Below are positions 59,410 to 64,000 of a DNA stretch of 64,000 nt, in pieces (position 1 is the first letter of the stretch; each line of letters begins with the position of its first letter). The notes below the pieces were generated by a model. It saw only the letters and a program-made list of their open reading frames with translations, had not been told where the DNA came from and searched no databases. The stretch is from Takakia lepidozioides (Eukaryota > Plantae > Bryophyta), in contig CM060732.1 in assembly GCA_030704615.1 (NCBI GenBank), positions 17,174,001-17,238,000 on the forward strand. The letters run 5' to 3'. Made by a program: the position numbers and the translations under genes.

Positions 59410-62400
59410 TAGAGGAGAAATGAAATGATACTTTATAATGTCCGCAAAAGGCTCAAAGAGCTTATTGGACATAAGAAAGCATGAAACAAGAAATAGAGAA
59501 GGGCCCTCCACAAGCACCAAAATCAAGGCATTGTCTAATGCAGATATGATGCTAAGCATTTCTGATCCTCGTAATGGAAGACCTCTGTATCTCAGAATAG
59601 ATAATAGAATCTTTCATGGATCTCATAGTAAAGAGGACACTGAAAGAAGAAATGTTCTTCCAGACAGGATCTCTATAACTTTGACTAAGAGAGGAAATGA
59701 AATGAAATGAAATGGTACGTTATAACATCCGCGGAAAGCTCAAAGAGCTTATGGGACAAAATGGAAAAACCATGAGAGAAGAAATGATCCCTTGAGCAGT
59801 AGTTTTTGGGCTGTTTCTTTTTTGGCTCTGGTTTTGTCTAAGGGTGAAGAACTCGTGTAGATAAGCTGCAAGGCATTTCTGATCCTCATAGTGGAAGACT
59901 TTAGTGAGAGATTAATTCCGTGGAATAGACAATGGAATCTCCCATGGATCTCATAATATAGAGGGCAATAAAAGAAGAAGCATTCTTCAGTTTCAATTTC
60001 CTAGTTGTGCCCGGTGTAAGCTGGGCATAGGCGGTCCTCCCGTTGCACGTTTTCCCATCTGTCAATCTCTACCCGTAGATTGTGGGAGCCCATCCTAAAC
60101 CGCCCCAATGCCCTCAGGAGGGAAGGAGATAAAGGCGCCAAAAGGTACTTGGGCCACAAGATTCTATCATCACGGAGAACCAAGAATGTCTCTCGATAGA
60201 AATGGAGCTTTGTTGTGAGATTGGGTAGCTTCCAAGTTCTCCTGACATGTAGTTCCATAAGTTCCCCTCTAATGAGTTTGTTGCGATCCTGTTTTGGATG
60301 TGATTTCCACCCCTTCTGGATTCTCTGACAATAGTGAAGCAATAGAGAGTCCATTGCGTTCAAAGAAACTGCACACTCGAACATACCAAGAGTGCTTGGA
60401 ATCTGCTATTTTGAGGCCACTTGCGAGGGCTCTTGCCACGAGCCCCTTGGGTGGAAGGGCTTGTAACCTATTAAGAAAGATTATAAGCCAGCCTCGGTTT
60501 GAAGTGGCACGCATGCAAACTCTGCCCATCAGATGTGAGATGGAATTGTGCCTCTTGGCGCCAAGCATTACTTGGAAAAAAGATGACTCAGATTTTTTTC
60601 TCACCAGAAAAACTGGAACACCAGGTGCCCAAAACTCACAACCAATAAGTGGTGGCCGGGGTGACAACACTATCAAATAGCCCCTTTTTAGTTTGGAGGT
60701 GGTGCAATTGTATTTGTTTGCATTTGGCCTCAAAGCGGATGGAGGCCGCCTTGCCCTTCGTCAATCTATCTAGGGTAGTTGATGCAAACTGAATTTGGAA
60801 GAGTGGATAACCAAACCCAGATTGTCGTGCGCATACATATCCTACACAACTACATTGTCACACAACACATACAAAAGACACACATAATATCACAATTGAA
60901 AGAGTAACTTACACAAACCACATAACATGTAAGCTTTGCATAAAACAAAATCTTCACTCTCATCACAGGAGTCGAGCCCAGTGCACCCCATGCCATGGGG
61001 AATCCACACTACAACGCCATAGCCAGACGCAGGAGACTCAATTTGAGAAAGTTGTGCCTCACCACACCCATATGCCTAAACATACCTGGCTCCCTGGATT
61101 GACACTTGGGTCAAACCCAAGTGTCAATACATAAAAACTATTTATATTATAGCTAGTTTCACACCAGTTTAAATTAGCTAGTTTTACTAATTTCACTAGT
61201 ATAAAAACCTTTTGTCAAACAAGAGCAAACCGGGGTGCCTATAGGGCAAATAAAAAGGTCTAACCAAAAGAATTACATGTAGGAAGGTAAATCCCCATAG
61301 TATTGCCCTCCAATCCAATATTAAAAACATCCAAAACATTACCTGCATGGAGGTAACTTTCTATCCTCTGAACGAAAGGGATTACCTTCCTGAAGGTAAT
61401 ACCTATTTTGTGGCAGGCTAGTTAGCTCTAACCCTTTATTTTTTACTAGCTACCTCCTAAAGACCCCACAATATGAGTACAAATATCTCAAATTATTATT
61501 ATTATTATTTTTTTTGGCTCACTTGAAAAATTTCCCAAAATCAAATTACAGTTATTGGTTCCCTTTGAGCGCGCTCAGTCCATTCAGGTTGATGTTCCTA
61601 AAAAAAAGTAAAAGAAAAAGAAAAAGTAAAGTAACTTATGGTGTCACTTCACCACAAGGGCTACTTTCCTTCCAGCTGCACACCTTCATGACACACCAGA
61701 CCGTGATTTGAACCCACAACCACATCCAACGTGGTATGTGCCCATTACCACTGGGCTACATGCTGGTTGTCATTGCTTTCCTAATTGGAAACGGTTGAAA
61801 ACTCACACCTATTGTCAACACGTTTCGACTTTCAAAATCCAATCTTCAAAAATGTTGAACAGTATAAATATACCCAATGCTTGAAAGCAACGGTAATTAT
61901 CTATGTCAAAGCTCAACCAGCTTTCACCCTGCAACGCACAGCCTGAAGAGGGATACTAATAAGGTTAGTCATGGCGGCAGGGACACCTTGCCTCTACTGG
62001 CCAAGTGGCTTTTGCTCTTCGCACCTTGCAACCTGGATCAACTGATGGTGTTATGTAGTCGCCAAAAAACCAACCTAAATCAAGTCTCGTAGCGTGGGTA
62101 CGGCAGGCTCTGTGTGGAAAAGGGAACCTTCACCGAATGCCCACGCAGGTTTATCAAATAACTACTGTAGCCGCCCACACCTAGTAATGCAAAATTTCAT
62201 CACAAGTAGGTTGCTGCTACGCAGCTGGCTACGGGCTGGCCTTTCGCTGTGTTCACCCACTAGGCTTCCTTCCTTGGACACCCATGCGACGACTTATGCC
62301 TCCAATCATAAGCTACAGATGTCTTTTGAATTGTTAACTCTCACCTTGGCACCCTCGTACCTGAGAAACGCCGATCTCACTGAAGACATTTCTATTGATT

Positions 62401-64000
62401 TAAAGGCAATTCTAGGACGTGAAGTGAAGTTCAACAACAAGTCGAAACCCAAAAAAAAAAACGATTAAGGCAATGCAGGGGCCACCGTGTTCACAAACCG
62501 TGTCCTGATCGACATTGCCCAATGACTTGAAAATTTCTAGCTTATTTCACAACTTGGTTCAGCGGCAGTGTTTAATTAAAAAACCTCCTCTTTTCCATCG
62601 GCAGGGAATAATCGTGGCAGCTCCTCTTCTTGCCCAAACCCATCTGAGCCAGAAATTTTTGTACCCGAGTATCGTCCAACGCTACTGCCAGCCACCTTAG
62701 ACCACCTTAAAATTTTCATTGAAGTGGCTCATGACGATAATCCCCAATCTCGGCTGCCCCTTGCTTCGTCAGTTTATGAAAGCCCCAGTATATTCTAATT
62801 TGCAATGACTACTATGATGTCTGCTGCCCCAATCGAATATCCGACCAAGTGATCTAGCTTTCGCAACATTTTATGAAGACAAAATTCCACGAGACAACTT
62901 TGTTGTTTTCACCAACTTGCCGAGCAACAGTCGACCTCTGGCCCTGTGTCGACAATCATGACTAAATGACGAAGATAGCTCCAAGGGCAGCTGATCCAAC
63001 CAGAGCAGGATAGTCTAAGCAACATCTACATGCCACATAGCGAAATATATGTACGCATATCCACCAAACGGCCAGTACCCTCAACCAGCTTCATGCTCCG
63101 CCTTATAGCGTCAAATACACATATCGAGTTCTGATGCCATAATGATTCAACATCCACTGATTAACCACAAAAAGGTCGCTCGCGTTGAACCTGACAAACT
63201 GGTTGATACGACAGCAAGTTCCGTAACCAAGCGGTGGCCGTACAACAATCGCCGCTCCCTCTTAATCACTTAACAACGTTCCATCTAACTAAAGAGTGCC
63301 TGAATGCCAGTAATCTCTACAACCTTGCCATCACAAGCTTCAAAACCAACTAAATTCGTATTTGGCACTCACAGATGCAAGCACAACTCTTTCTTGAGTG
63401 AAAGAGTAACTTACACAAACCACAACCTGTAAGCTTTGCATTAAACAAATCTCCACTCATCATAGGAGTCGAGCCAAGTGCACCCTATGATATGGGGAAT
63501 CCAATACTACAACGCCATAGCCATACGCGGAAGGCTCAACTCAAGAAAGTTGAGCCTCACCGCGTCTGCCGCCCTAGATGCCTAAACATATCTTGACCCT
63601 TGGATTGATACTTGTGCCAAGCCCAAGTGTCAATATATTCCATTTATTTTCTAGATAGTTTCACACTAATGTTAAACTAGTTAGTTTTACTAATTTCACT
63701 AGTATAAAAACCACTTGACAAAATATTGGTATGATTTGACAATCTCAATTTCCTGTTGGTTGAAAATGAATCTGCGGTCCGCCTGGCCATTGAAAACCAT
63801 GATTTTGGTTTTGCTAAGATTGACTTGCAACCCATAGTCTTTGGAAAACTCTTCCAAGATGCAAAGATGGCGTTGCAGGAAGACAGGAGATTGTGCCAAG
63901 AGGGCAACACCATCAGCGTAGAGAAGATCTAATTGCATTGGTCCCCCATCCAACAACACCCCAACTCCATGGTTTTTTGAGATGTAACCCTCCAAAGCGT
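59410..64000 (-). mobile_element. LINE family A copy (RT to 3' tails) split by a 2.9-kb insertion and running off the window
   Basis: 63721-64000 LLYADG..VNLSKTKIMVF..IVKSYQY continues at 60822 as LGLVIH; 60001-60384 LGRFRMGSHNL..DRLCPA. Confidence 0.88.
60823..63720. mobile_element. Decayed LTR-type element with ~320-bp direct repeats, no recognisable coding region
   Basis: TGTC..GACA ends; repeats 60897-61217 and 63399-63720; flanks AGAT/AAAT; interrupts LINE codons that rejoin. Confidence 0.72.

Noticed and set aside
1-64000. Most short ORFs in the six-frame track
   Set aside because: They are antisense or off-frame shadows of TE coding regions and host exons; no tRNA or rRNA genes were recognised.

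Overview
Eukaryotic nuclear DNA, most likely from a non-seed land plant such as a bryophyte. This is inferred from spliced genes, a TTL-type TPR+thioredoxin gene and an axonemal-dynein-light-chain-domain gene implying flagellated sperm. The window is transposon-dense and decayed by C>T/G>A changes. Bases ~1.7-21.3 kb are a degenerate Ty3/Gypsy element with the unusual order gag-protease-C5 cytosine DNA methyltransferase-RT-RNaseH-integrase-PHD finger. Nested exactly inside its methyltransferase domain, with a perfect 10-bp flanking duplication, is an 11.6-kb non-TIR Mutator-like DNA transposon (5293-16905). It carries a GCM/WRKY-type ZnF-MULE-SWIM transposase and, divergently, an intron-containing gene fusing a ParB-like domain to a beta-class N6A/N4C DNA-methyltransferase-like domain. 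Introns of that gene contain an array of conserved 24-bp palindromes (GTGAATGTCGT-TG-ACGACATTCAC). This transposase + ParB-MTase + palindrome array module is the best candidate for an undescribed system, possibly self-marking or anti-silencing. The rest of the window holds three apparently damaged host genes whose introns are packed with two LINE families, plus a TRIM-like mini LTR element, two MITE-like elements and a decayed LTR element. One LINE family has an in-frame UAG between ORF1 and ORF2; the other inserted twice at the same nucleotide of the first. All domain calls are by eye from motifs; no searches were run.
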